NCBI GenBank assembly: GCA_963810095.1
Contig: CAWEMM010000006.1
Span: forward strand, 1,419,353-1,483,352
Length of the DNA: 64,000 nt
Source: an uncultured Chloroflexia bacterium
GTDB taxonomy: Bacteria; Chloroflexota; Anaerolineae; CG2-30-64-16
Direction of reading: 5' to 3'
Below are positions 19,538 to 29,456 of the stretch, one piece after another. The position numbers and the translations under genes are program-made. Position 1 is the first letter of the stretch. The number at the start of each line of letters is the position of its first letter. The notes under the pieces were generated by a model. The model saw only the letters and a program-made list of their open reading frames with translations, did no database searches and had not been told where the DNA came from.

Positions 19538-20293
19538 GTGCTGACCAGCAAGCTCGAGGCCGCGCAGACCCGTCTCCGCGAACGCTCGTATCCCCATTTT
19601 GCCTGGCTGATCAACAAGGAGATCCCCTGGACCGCCCCCACGCGCCCGCTGCGCGAGTCTTCGGTGGCGCTGCTCAGCACCTGCGGACTGTACTGCCTGG
19701 ATAGCCAAGTGCCGTTTGATGCCTGGAACGACGCCGGCGACCCGTCGTTTCGCGAGATTCATATCGACACTCCGGTCGACCGGCTGGCGATCTCGCATTC
19801 GCATTACGATCATGAGCAGGTCAGGTCCGATCTGAACGTGGCCCTGCCCTTGGCCCGCTTCCGGCAGCTCGTCGAGGAGGGGGTGGTCGGGACGCTGCAT
19901 CCCTGGGCCTACAGCTTCATGGGCTACCTCCCCGAAGCGTTTCAACTGATCAGAAAGACGGCGCCCCAGGTGGCAAAGCGGCTGGCGGGGAGTGGGGTGC
20001 ACGCGGCCTTCCTGACCCCCTGCTGACCGATCTGCCAACAGTCCGTTGGACTGATCGCACGGGCCATCGAAGCGGAGGGCATCCCGACCGTTTGCGTCGT
20101 GATGAATCGCGACATTGCGGAGAACGTGGGCATTCCGCGAGCCTTGCACGTGCATTTTCCGTACGGCGCGCCGCTGGGGCCGGCCGCGCACGTGGAGACG
20201 CAAATGGCCGTGATCCGGGAGGCGCTCGGCCTGCTTGCCACGGCGACTGGCCCGGGGCAGATTCTGGAATCCACGGTCGAGTGGCCGGAGTGA
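19538..20293 (+). CDS. GrdB/PrdB-family (selenoprotein B-like) oxidoreductase with Sec encoded by TGA 20024-20026
   Basis: GTG 19538 follows GAGAGGGGG. ORF 19244..20026 ends ...AAFLTPC-TGA and the same frame continues as ORF 20099..20293. Read-through gives TPC-U-PICQQSVGLIARAIEAEGIPTV. Confidence 0.8.
20028..20057 (+). promoter_or_regulatory. SECIS-like hairpin for TGA 20024
   Basis: The lower stem pairs CGAT (20028-31) with ATCG (20054-57). The upper stem pairs CAGTCC (20039-44) with GGACTG (20048-53). The apical loop is GTT, starting 18 nt after the TGA. Confidence 0.6.
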
Positions 20294-20329
20294 CCGGCTT
20301 TTCTCAGTGATTCTTCAGGAGGAAGACTC

Positions 20330-20593
20330 GTGCGCGTCAGCATCGAATTCTGCGTAGCCTGAAACTACACGCCGCGGGCCGCCAGTTTGGCGGAAACTTT
20401 GGTCAACACCTTCAAGCCTTTCGTGGGCGGGAAACATCCCATCGAGTCCATCACCCTGATCCCCTCGGGCAATGGCCGCTACGAGGTCACGCTTGACGAC
20501 GAGCTGGTCTACTCAAAGGCCGCAACGGGCAAACACACGACAAACGAGTTTATCGTCGACCAGGTGCGAGCAAGACTGAAACTGCAACACTAG
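20330..20593 (+). CDS. SelW/Rdx-family selenoprotein with Sec encoded by TGA 20360-20362
   Basis: GTG 20330 lies 8 nt after AGGAGG. The translation is VRVSIEFCVA-U-NYTPRAASLAETLVNTFKP...LIPSGNGRYEVTLDDELVYSKAATGKH. The track only shows the part after the TGA (20387..20593). Confidence 0.85.
20379..20393 (+). promoter_or_regulatory. SECIS-like hairpin for TGA 20360
   Basis: The hairpin is CCGCCA-GTT-TGGCGG, with the apical loop GTT starting 22 nt after the TGA. Confidence 0.55.
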
Positions 20594-20603
20594 CCAACAA
20601 TCT

Positions 20604-21953
20604 ATGATCGACATCTCGCTGATCATCACCATCGGCGCCATCTTTCTTTTGTCGCTGACGGCCGCATATTTGCGTTCCCGAACGAGAGACCGCTGCCTGA
20701 AGTCTTGGGAAGGATTTCACGTAACGCTGGAGCGCACGAACGGCAAGCTGGTGTGGGGTGAGCTGCACGTGGTGTCGACGGGGATGGAGTTCGTCTATGC
20801 CGGGTCGGTGCAGGACGAACGCCACCTCGAGTCCTCCTATCTTCTATATGCCTCGGAGTACGCCGAGATCCAGGCGCTCTACCGCTACGTCGCCGACCTG
20901 TCGGACCAGAGCAAGCAGCAACGGCTGCGCGACATCGATTCCTCCTTCCACCCGAACCCTGCGCGCCGCCTGCGCCGCGACGCGCAGAACTTCTTCGGCA
21001 CCGCCACCGACTCCCTGAACGAAGTCATCGGCCTCGTCGTCGGCCGGGCGGGCAAAGTGGGCGGCCGCTATATCGCCGCCGACGGCACGTCCTCGATCAA
21101 GAGCCTGAGCGGCAAGGTGCTCGGCCAGGTCGGCTCGATTTACGATCCGCTCCTCGAACGCTATATTGGGAGCCGCGTCGTGATCGAGTTGCTCGAGGGC
21201 CAGGAGGTGCACGAGCATGTGGGGATCTTGCGGAATTACAGCCAGGACTTCATCGAAATTCTCGACGTGCGTTATCCGCAGCGGCGGTCGGTTGCAGTCG
21301 AGGCAGGTGGGCGGGTCGAAGGAGAGGGGTTAATCGTCGAAAAGGTGCCCGGCAGGATCCATCTGCGCAACTGCAATGACTGGCCGGTGCTGGTCCATTC
21401 GCTGGCTTATGCGGACCACGAGGAGATGATTAATGCGGTCGTCGACGGCGACGAGGAAATCGACCTGAACGTGGAAGACGTGTCCGCACAATCCGTTAAG
21501 CTGATCGTGCGCATTCCGGAAGAACTCGACTTTATCGTGCCGCGCAGCCGCTGCGTGGTGCGTCACCGGGCGGAACAGTACCGCCAGGCCGATTTCAAAG
21601 CGCTCGTCGAGGATGTCGTTTTCGACGTGGGAAGGATATTCTCGACCAGCGGCCGCGACAACGGCCACGACAATACCGAGGCGCGGCTGCGTCAAGATGT
21701 GCGCCGGGACCCGATGAACGCGGCGGCCGCGGCTAACCTCGGATTTCTCTTAATGCAGCGGGACGAGTTGGCCGAGGCTGAGAAGTGGCTGCGGCATGCG
21801 CTGCAGTTCGAGTATTCGCTGCCCGACGGCGGCCGCCGGACGCGCATGCAACTGCGCGAGATCGAACGGCGCCGCGAGGGGTTGGATGCCTATGTCCAGG
21901 GTGCGATTCAGTCCTCGCCGACCGTCATTGGAGGCGAAGGCTCGGATTTGTGA
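20604..21953 (+). CDS. hypothetical protein with an N-terminal TM helix and a C-terminal TPR-like segment
   Basis: This is a 449-aa ORF. The TM helix is MIDISLIITIGAIFLLSLTAAYL. The C-terminal segment reads AAAANLGFLLMQRDELAEAEKWLRHALQFE. Confidence 0.7.
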   Translation: MIDISLIITIGAIFLLSLTAAYLRSRTRDRCLKSWEGFHVTLERTNGKLVWGELHVVSTGMEFVYAGSVQDERHLESSYLLYASEYAEIQALYRYVADLSDQSKQQRLRDIDSSFHPNPARRLRRDAQNFFGTATDSLNEVIGLVVGRAGKVGGRYIAADGTSSIKSLSGKVLGQVGSIYDPLLERYIGSRVVIELLEGQEVHEHVGILRNYSQDFIEILDVRYPQRRSVAVEAGGRVEGEGLIVEKVPGRIHLRNCNDWPVLVHSLAYADHEEMINAVVDGDEEIDLNVEDVSAQSVKLIVRIPEELDFIVPRSRCVVRHRAEQYRQADFKALVEDVVFDVGRIFSTSGRDNGHDNTEARLRQDVRRDPMNAAAAANLGFLLMQRDELAEAEKWLRHALQFEYSLPDGGRRTRMQLREIERRREGLDAYVQGAIQSSPTVIGGEGSDL

Positions 21954-21977
21954 TGTGCTATGAGGAGGGATGCTTGT

Positions 21978-22918
21978 ATGGCAGGTGAAACTTGCTGTGT
22001 GTGCGACAAGCCGATCGCCGGCGCGGCAAAGATGCTGGGGGGCCGCGCGTTTTGCGAGGAGCATTATGCCGCGTGTGGGGCAAAGCCGGCGAGGGCTGTG
22101 GCTCGCCACGGTCTTCCTGATCGTCGGGCTGGCGCTGTTCGTCACTGCCGTATTTTTCGCGGCGCCCGCGGTGCGCGACTCGCTGCAGGGTCCGGCCCTG
22201 GTCTTCGCCGGACTGCTGCTGGCGCTCGTTCCGGCGGCCATCTGGATGGTCGTGTTCTACCTGCAAGACCGGGCCGAGCCGGAGCCGAAGCGTTACGTGA
22301 TTGGCGTGTTTTTGCTCGGCGTGCTCCTGGCTGCGGCAATTGGTCAGCCATTGATCCGGGCGTTCGACGTGAACGCATGGGCCGCGCGGCAGCCTGGCAC
22401 TGCGGCTGCTGGCCGGCGTGTGCGTCATCGGCATCACGCAGGAGTTTCTCAAGTACGCGGCGGTGCGCTACACCGTGTTCGGCAGCGCGGAGTTCGACGA
22501 GCGAATTGACGGCATCATCTACGGGGCGGCCGCGGGCCTGGGCTACGCCACCTACCTGAACGTCAATTACGTCATCTCGAACGGCGGCGTGGACATTGGG
22601 ATCGGAGCCGTGCGGATCGCGGTCGTCGCGCTGGCCCAGGCGTCATTCGCCGGCGTCACCGGCTACTTCCTAGGCCGGGCCAAGTTCGAGAATCGGGGGC
22701 CGTTCTGGCTCCCGGTCGGGCTGTTTCTCGCCGCAGTGCTGAACGGGGTCGTCACGACGCTACTCAGCGAGATTACGCGCAGCGGCCTGCAGCCCACGCC
22801 GCTCAATGGCCTGATCTTTGCCGCCGTCGTGGCGGCGCTCACCTTTATCATCCTGTTCACCGTGATCCGCCGGGGTGCGCGGCCGATGCCCGCCGTGGCA
22901 GGAGGAGTGAACTCATGA
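21978..22918 (+). pseudogene. PrsW-family intramembrane protease with an N-terminal Cys-rich zinc-ribbon; two +1 frame disruptions
   Basis: The first frame gives MAGETCCVCDK...FCEEHYA. The second gives VGQSRRGLWLATVFLIVG...YLQDRAEPEPKRYV. The third gives VCVIGITQEFLKYAAVRY...IIYGAAAGLGYATY. The shifts are near 22065 and 22388. Confidence 0.8.
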
Positions 22919-23524
22919 CCGCTGCTGCTGTCAAAATGCCTCGCAGCCGGGGCCGTGCCGAAGAGCCCGAGTGGCTGGTGTGGGCGCTGGTGCTGGTGAT
23001 GCTGGCCATCGGCCTCCTCGCACGGACGGTCGTGCTGGGTCAGACAACCACGTTCACTGCGGGCGGCGTCTCGGTTAAATACCCGGCCGCGTGGATTGCC
23101 CTAACTAAGCAGAATGACGATGACGCTGCTGACTGTGGGCCAGCCTTTTGCGGGCGGGCTTTTCCCGGCGCGTTTCGCGCTGCTGCAGATGCCGGCGAGC
23201 AGCATCAGCCGGAACGCCCAGTCGCTCGGCGACTTTGCGCTGCAGTGGTCGGACCGGGGGGCGCAGGATCTGCTGGGATACAAAGTGCTGAACATCGAGC
23301 CGGTGCAGGTGCGGGGCAAGGACGCGGTGCGGGTCGACTACGTGTACGTCGCCGAGCCGGCCCTTGCCACCCCGAACAGCATCCCCATCGTCGCGCAAGG
23401 GGCCGACATCCTCATTCCGGCGGGCGACAAGATGACGGTTGCCCGGCTCGTGGCTGCGTCCGACGAATTCGACGGCTTGGGCCAAACCTGGGACCGCATT
23501 CTCGGCTCCCTCGAGCTGCAGTAG
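22915..23524 (+). pseudogene. single-TM hypothetical protein with one +1 frame disruption near 23125
   Basis: The N-terminal part with the TM span lies in ORF 22915..23544. The remainder (LLTVGQPFAGGLFPARFALLQ...GSLELQ) lies in ORF 23114..23524. Confidence 0.6.
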
Positions 23525-23533
23525 GAGGCGACG

Positions 23534-25111
23534 ATGAAACGTAACTACCGCACGGCAATTCTCGCCGTCCTGGTGCTGCTGAGCCTGGCGGGCACGCTGG
23601 CGGGCAGTGCGCCGCGTGCCGAGGCCGTGGACAAGGACGTCGCCCAGCGCATCCTGCGCGCATCGGTCAAGCTGCTGACCCCCATGGATGCGGACGAGAA
23701 CTCGGGGAGCCTCTGTTCGGGCAGCATGCTGGACCCGCAGGGCTACATCCTGACGAACTTCCACTGCATCGGCTATCCGACGTCGGGCCCGAAGGACCAG
23801 GAGCTGGAAAGCCTGGGCATGGAGCCCGGCGACCTGTTCAACTCGAAGGGGCTGTCGGTGGTGGCGGTGACGGACGACCCCCGCAAGCTCCCGAAGCCCA
23901 CCTATGTCGCGCAGGTCATGTCTTCCGACCCCGAGCTGGACATTGCCGTGCTTAAGGTGATTGCGTACTACAACAGCAAGCAGAAGTTGACGGACAACCT
24001 GCCGGTGATGACGATGGACGTGGCCGATTCGGAGGCCGTTGAGACGCTGGACGACGTCATCGTCGTTGGCTATCCGGGCATTGCGGGCGACACCGTTACG
24101 GCCACGGAGGGCCGTATCTCCGGCTTCATTGACGAGGACGGCGACGATAACTTCGATTGGTTCAAGACCGACGTGTTGGTGAATCAGGGGAATTCGGGCG
24201 GCTCCGCGCTGAACGCCAAGGGCGAATTGATCGGCGTGCCGACGGCCCGGCTGCAGGACAAGTCGGGCAACGTGATCTACCTGATCCGGCCGGTCAACCG
24301 GGCCGCGGCCTATATTGAAGAAGCGCACAAGGTGGGCGCCAGCGGCGGGCAGGTGGCGACAAAGCCGCCAAGCAAGCCGGCCGCGCCTGCTCAGACGAGC
24401 GGCAAGGGGACGTTCGGCGAGCCCATCTTCGGCACGGGCTTCGACGATAACGATGGGATCACCGGCGAAGCAACCACGTTCAACTCGGGCATCAAGGAAA
24501 TTCACGCGGGTCTGCCTTACGAGAACATGCGGGACGGAACCTCCTGGGGCTACCAGTGGCAGTACGAGGGCCAGGACGTGACGGGCGAGTCGGACCTGGC
24601 GTGGGAGTTCGGCCAGTCTGGCGTGGTCGACTTGAGCCTGACCGGCAAGAAGGGGCTCACGGACGGCGAGTACAGCCTGCAGGTATACCTGCGCGGCGAC
24701 CTCGTGCAAGAGACCGGGTTTACGGTCGGACGCAAGCCGGGCAACAACCGGCCGCCCCAGAAGCCGCAGAAGCCGGTGGACGAGGGTGTGACGATCACCG
24801 GCACGATCATCGACCATGCCACCCGGCGGCCCATCCGCGACGCGATCGTCGTATTCCTGAATCCGGGGCAGACGGTGGACGATTTTGATGCGGACTCGAG
24901 TGACGGCAAGACAGAGACGGTATTCGCCTACGGCGTCAGCGACGCAAAGGGGATTTACACGCTGAACAATCCGCTGCCGCGCGGCGAGGTCTACACCGTG
25001 ATCGTTGGTGCGAAGGGCTACGCCCGCATCGCCGAGGACGACGCGCTGGAGATAACGCAGGATGATCCGGACGTGATCGAGCTTGATCCGCTGGAGTTGG
25101 ACAAGCAGTAG
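23534..25111 (+). CDS. secreted trypsin-like serine protease (S1 family) with C-terminal beta-rich domains
   Basis: A signal peptide is present. The catalytic triad contexts are TNFHCIG, DIAVLKV and GNSGGSALN. The C-terminal part is carboxypeptidase-regulatory-like (VTITGTIIDHATRRPIRDAIV). Confidence 0.85.
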   Translation: MKRNYRTAILAVLVLLSLAGTLAGSAPRAEAVDKDVAQRILRASVKLLTPMDADENSGSLCSGSMLDPQGYILTNFHCIGYPTSGPKDQELESLGMEPGDLFNSKGLSVVAVTDDPRKLPKPTYVAQVMSSDPELDIAVLKVIAYYNSKQKLTDNLPVMTMDVADSEAVETLDDVIVVGYPGIAGDTVTATEGRISGFIDEDGDDNFDWFKTDVLVNQGNSGGSALNAKGELIGVPTARLQDKSGNVIYLIRPVNRAAAYIEEAHKVGASGGQVATKPPSKPAAPAQTSGKGTFGEPIFGTGFDDNDGITGEATTFNSGIKEIHAGLPYENMRDGTSWGYQWQYEGQDVTGESDLAWEFGQSGVVDLSLTGKKGLTDGEYSLQVYLRGDLVQETGFTVGRKPGNNRPPQKPQKPVDEGVTITGTIIDHATRRPIRDAIVVFLNPGQTVDDFDADSSDGKTETVFAYGVSDAKGIYTLNNPLPRGEVYTVIVGAKGYARIAEDDALEITQDDPDVIELDPLELDKQ

Positions 25112-25132
25112 TGCACGCGCTGCTCACATGAG

Positions 25133-25171
25133 AACGACGCCGGGGCGGCCTGAAGCCGCCCCGGCGTCGTT
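25133..25171. terminator. bidirectional terminator hairpin with a 17-bp perfect stem
   Basis: The hairpin is AACGACGCCGGGGCGGC-ctgaa-GCCGCCCCGGCGTCGTT. It lies between convergent genes. Confidence 0.8.
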
Positions 25172-25182
25172 TAAGCCGATCG

Positions 25183-25773
25183 TTACTTAAGCAGCGTGCG
25201 CTTCAGGAACTCAACGATCACATGCGTTGGGATTGCAAACCCCACGTCCGGGCCGTTGATCATGGTGTTGATCCCCAGCAGCCGGCCGCGGACGTCCACC
25301 AGTGGTCCGCCGGAGTGGCCCGGCCGCATGTGAAGGCTGACCACCAGCCAGTCTCGCATGGCCGGCCGCATCTCGGGCCACTGCCGGCCCATGCCGATGA
25401 TGACCCCCCCGGTCGCCGCCCCTGTCACGCCCCACGGGTGGCCCAGCGCCATGACCCACTGGCCGGGCCGCACCGCCCGTGAGTCGGCCAGTTGGATCGT
25501 GGGTAGCGTCTTCGCATCGATCCTCAGCGCGGCCAGGTCACAGTCCCGGTCGACGGCCAGGATCTCCGCATCGAACTCCCGTCCGCCAACCAGCTCGACC
25601 TTTAGCGGGCCGCGGCTTGCCACATGCGCGTTTGTGACAATCAGCCCCTCGGGATGCCAGATGGTCCCCGCCCCTGCGCCACGCCGCCCGTTTCGCACCT
25701 GCACCAGGCTCTTGTACACTTCGTCGACTACGTCCGCCGACTCGACATTCAACGCCTGCACCTGATCCATCAT
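25183..25773 (-). CDS. small trypsin-like serine protease (S1C-like, no PDZ)
   Basis: The triad contexts are TNAHVA, DLAALRI and RPGHSGGPLV. Confidence 0.85.
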   Translation of the reverse strand: MMDQVQALNVESADVVDEVYKSLVQVRNGRRGAGAGTIWHPEGLIVTNAHVASRGPLKVELVGGREFDAEILAVDRDCDLAALRIDAKTLPTIQLADSRAVRPGQWVMALGHPWGVTGAATGGVIIGMGRQWPEMRPAMRDWLVVSLHMRPGHSGGPLVDVRGRLLGINTMINGPDVGFAIPTHVIVEFLKRTLLK

Positions 25774-25797
25774 CTCATCCCCGGTCTTCGATACGCC

Positions 25798-26716
25798 TTA
25801 CCCCTGCTCGCCGACCAAAACGCTAATCTCGGTGACCTGGCCGCCGCGCAACAGGCGAACCGGGACGGCCTTGCCGACGCGGTCACCGCCGAGCGCGGCC
25901 AGCAGGTCGTCGAGGTGCGCGGTGCGCTGGCCGTCGAGCGAGAGCAGCGTGTCGCCCATGAAGAGGCCGCTGCGTTCCGCAGGGCTGCCGGCTTCAACCG
26001 AGCCCAGCAAAAGCCCCGTCTCCTGTCCGACTTGCTCTGCTATAGCCTGCGGCAGGCGCACGGTCTGTGCGCCTACGCCCAGATAGCCCGCGCTTCACCC
26101 GCCCGTGCCGCAGCAGCGCCTCGGCCACCCGCCGGATCGTCTCGGCCGGGATGGTCAGGGTAACGTCGCGCAGCATGGCCGACGTGTTAATGCCGACGAA
26201 CTTGCCCCCGGCACTGACCAGCGGCCCGCCCGAAAAGCCCGGGTACATGAGCGCGTCCGTCTGGAGGTAGTAGTCTAGCTGCCCGCCGGCGGGCGTGCGC
26301 CAGTCCTTTTTGAGCGCGCTGATGATCCCGAGGGTCGCCATAACGCTCTGCCCCGGCCGGCCGAGCGCCAGTGCGAGGTGGCCGACATGGAGGAAGTCAC
26401 CGCCCGCCCAAGCCGGCGCCGCCAGTTCTCCGGCCGCCTGCAGACCGTCGGCGCCGATGCGGAGGAGCGCGAGGTCGGTGGTCGGATCGCGGCCGACGAG
26501 GGTCGCGGTCACCGTGCGCCCGCCGGCCAGGCCAATGCCAATGTTCTCGTCCTGCTCGACGACATGATGCGCGGTAACGATCAACCCGTCCGCAGACCAA
26601 ACGACGCCGGTCGCGGGCAGCCGCCGCCGGCCTTCCACCCGCACGATGCTCGGGCCTGCGATCTCCACTGCCGACGCCAGCGCGTCGGACACTGATGCCA
26701 ATGCTTCGCCAGTCAT
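25798..26716 (-). pseudogene. HtrA-like serine protease with a PDZ domain; one +1 frame disruption near 26085
   Basis: The protease part (VTAHHVV, DLALLRI, PGFSGGPLV) lies in ORF 25994..26716. The PDZ part (GLLLGSVEAGSPAERSGLFMGDTLLSLDG) lies in ORF 25798..26061. Confidence 0.85.
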
Positions 26717-26819
26717 AGTTGCCTCCGGTAATGGTTTACGGCGGCAGCATACCGCTTCCGACGCGCCGGCGCATCGCTCGTTGTGGGGGGAGGGGACCTG
26801 GAAAAAAGGTTAGGGAGGG

Positions 26820-27465
26820 TTACAGGAACACGAGCCCAAGACGGGTGGCGCGAACGACGGCTTCCGTGCGACTTGCCACGCCGAGCTTGCCAAGGAGGGC
26901 GTTAACGTGGAACTTGACCGTGTGCTCGCTGATGTCGAGCCGCTGCGCGATCGTCTTGTTGGGCAGCCCCTCGGCGAGGAGGCGCAGCACTTCGAGCTCG
27001 CGGGGGGTTAGCTCTTCTATCAGGGCCGGCTCGTCGCCGCCGAACGGCGGCGCGGCTGCCGTGACCGGTGCGGCGCTCAGCACGGAGCGGAACGCGGTAT
27101 CGAACAGGGACAGACCTTCGGCTGCAGCATGCAGCCCGGCGGCAATCCGGGCTGGCGGGGCGTCACGGGCCAGGACGCGCGGGCGCGCCGGCGGCCCACG
27201 CGGCCCGGGCGTCCGGCTCGTCGTTCACCAGTGCGACGACGGGGAGGCTCTTTGGGGCCTCGGCGAGGTGGGCCAGCGCGATCTCCGGTTTCCAGCCCAT
27301 ATCCCAGAGCACCACGTCGGGCCGGTGAGCGTCCAGCTCGGCCCCCAGGTCATCGCCGGCAACCCGGCCGGCAATCGACAGATCGGGGAGGTCGGCCAGC
27401 AGGACGGCCAGGCCGGCGCGTGCCAGCGGATCGTCCGCGACGATCAGGACGCGTAGCGCGCTCAT
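26820..27465 (-). pseudogene. NarL/LuxR-family response regulator; one +1 frame disruption near 27180
   Basis: The receiver ([13 protein letters not shown]...DVVLWDMGW) lies at the tail of ORF 27163..28692. The HTH ([35 protein letters not shown]) lies in ORF 26820..27083. Its ATG overlaps the upstream stop (ATGA at 27462-27465). Confidence 0.85.
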
Positions 27466-28533
27466 GCCGGCGCCTCGCCGGGGAGAAAGTCGACGATCAG
27501 CACGTCGGGCGGGCACCAGATGCGGAGGGGCGGCTCGGCCGAGCCGACGCCCGAGGTCACGAAGAGGTGCGTTTGACCGAAGACAAAGTGACCCTGGTCG
27601 AAGAGGCGGCCGTACTTGGAAGGCACGACGAGCGGCCCCAGGCCCGGCACGCGGATTTGGCCGCCATGATAATGGCCAGCGAAGATGGCGTTGAAGCCCT
27701 GGTCGCGCAGCGCATAGACGTTGTCGGGGGTATGCGTCAGGACGAGCTGGAGCTCGCCGGGCATGGGCTGGGGCAAGACCCACCGTTTTTCGCCCCAGGG
27801 ATGCTCGAAGCCGCTCAGCACGACGGCATGGCCGGTTCCGGTTGCCAGGCGCACGGTCTGTCCGCCGATCATGCGGACCCCGGCCGACTCTGCCGTCGCC
27901 CGGACTGCCTCGCTGCCGGCCCAGCGGTCGTGGTTGCCGATGACGCCGAACGAGCCCAGCCGGCCCGTCGCGCGGGGCAGCACGTCGCCCATCAGGGGGA
28001 TGTATTCCCGGTAGGTCACGAAGTCGCCCGTGAAAACGACGACGTCCGGCTCCGCTTCGGCCACCCGGCCCATGGCTTCGCGGAAGTAGCTCAGCGGAAG
28101 ATGGCTGTTCAGATGGAAGTCGCTCAGATGCGCGACGCGCACCGCGCGGCCCGCTCCAGCCCGAGACCGGGACCTCGTAGTGGCGCAGCACGAGGTCAGT
28201 GGTCGTCGCGGGGCGGGCGAGGTCGAGCGCGGGGCCGTGCTGGGCAACGGGCGCGGCGCCGCGGTGACGGCTGCGCACGGCGCGACGGCGGGCTTCGCCG
28301 TAGAGGGTTACGCAGAAACCGGCGGCGGGCAGCAGCACCCAGCGCGACCTGCCGATGCGCCAGCCAACCAGGCCGCTGATCCCGAGGGTGAGCAGTCCGC
28401 CCGCGCGAATCATGAAGCTCTTGAGGCGCTTGCCGCGCATCTGGATCAGGAGGCGATTGAGGACGTACAGATAGCCTGCCGAGGCCGAGACCATCGTCAG
28501 CAGCATGCTTAGGGAGCGGGTGAGGATTGTCAT
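27462..28533 (-). pseudogene. membrane-anchored metallophosphoesterase; one +1 frame disruption near 28160
   Basis: The TM N-terminus (MTILTRSLSMLLTMVSASAGYLYV) lies in the ORF 27163..28692 frame. The catalytic part (HLSDFHL, FTGDF, GNHD, GHYHGG) lies in ORF 27462..28247. Confidence 0.8.
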
Positions 28534-28537
28534 AAGG

Positions 28538-29456
28538 TCAGGCCACGACCGCCCGGTACGATGGGGCAAACTCGAGCGCGGTGCTGATCGTGCGGAACTG
28601 GATGTCGACGGTATCTTCGATGCGACGCGCATAGCCGCCGCCCATGACCACGGCGACGGGGATGCCGGCCTCGCGGCAGCGCTCCAGCACAAGGCAGTCG
28701 CGCCGGGCCAGGCCCTCTTTGGTCAAGGCGAGCCGGCCCAGGGTGTCGCCCGCGAAGGGATCCGCGCCGGCGAGGTAGATGGCGAAGTCTGGGCGGAAGG
28801 TGGGCAGAACGCGGTCCAGAGCGCTCGTCAGCAGGTCGAGGTACAGATTATCGTCGGCCCCGTCGGGCAACTCCACGTCCAGGTCGCTTTGCTCCTTGTG
28901 GTGCGGGAAGTTCTTGGCGCCGTGCATGGAGAAGGTGTAGATGCTCGGGTCGCCGGCCAGGAGGGCGGCCGTCCCGTTCCCCTGGTGTACGTCGCAATCG
29001 ACGATCACCGCCCGGCGCGCCCGGCCCTCGCGCTGCATGGCGCGGCGCGGCCACGACACAATCGTTGAACACGCAGAAGCCCTCGCCGTGATCGGCGAAG
29101 GCGTGGTGCGTGCCGCCGGTCAGGCTGGCGGCCAGCCCCTCTTGCAGCGCGGCCCGGCAGGCCCCCAGCGTGCTGCCCACGGAGCGCCGGCAGCGCTCGA
29201 CCAACTCGGGCGACCAGGGGAGCCCGATACGCCGCACCTCGCGGGCCGACAATTCGCCGGTAACCACCTTGTCCAGGTAACTTTGCTCGTGGGCCAGGAG
29301 CAACTCGTCGTCGGTTGCCGCGTCTGGCACGAGCATCTCGCAGCGGTCGCCCAGCTCGCGGCCGACTCGTTCACGCAGCAACGAGTACTTGGCTGCGGGG
29401 AACCGGTGGCCCTGGGGCAGCGGGTAGGTGAAGTGGTCGCAGTAAAAGACTTTCAC
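28538..29456 (-). pseudogene. histone deacetylase-family (HDAC/acetylpolyamine amidohydrolase-like) enzyme; one +1 frame disruption near 29050
   Basis: GGTHHAF and EGFCVFND lie in the ORF 28848..29729 frame. DCDVHQGNG and AGADPF lie in ORF 28538..29059. Its GTG start overlaps the upstream stop (GTGA at 29453-29456). Confidence 0.85.
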
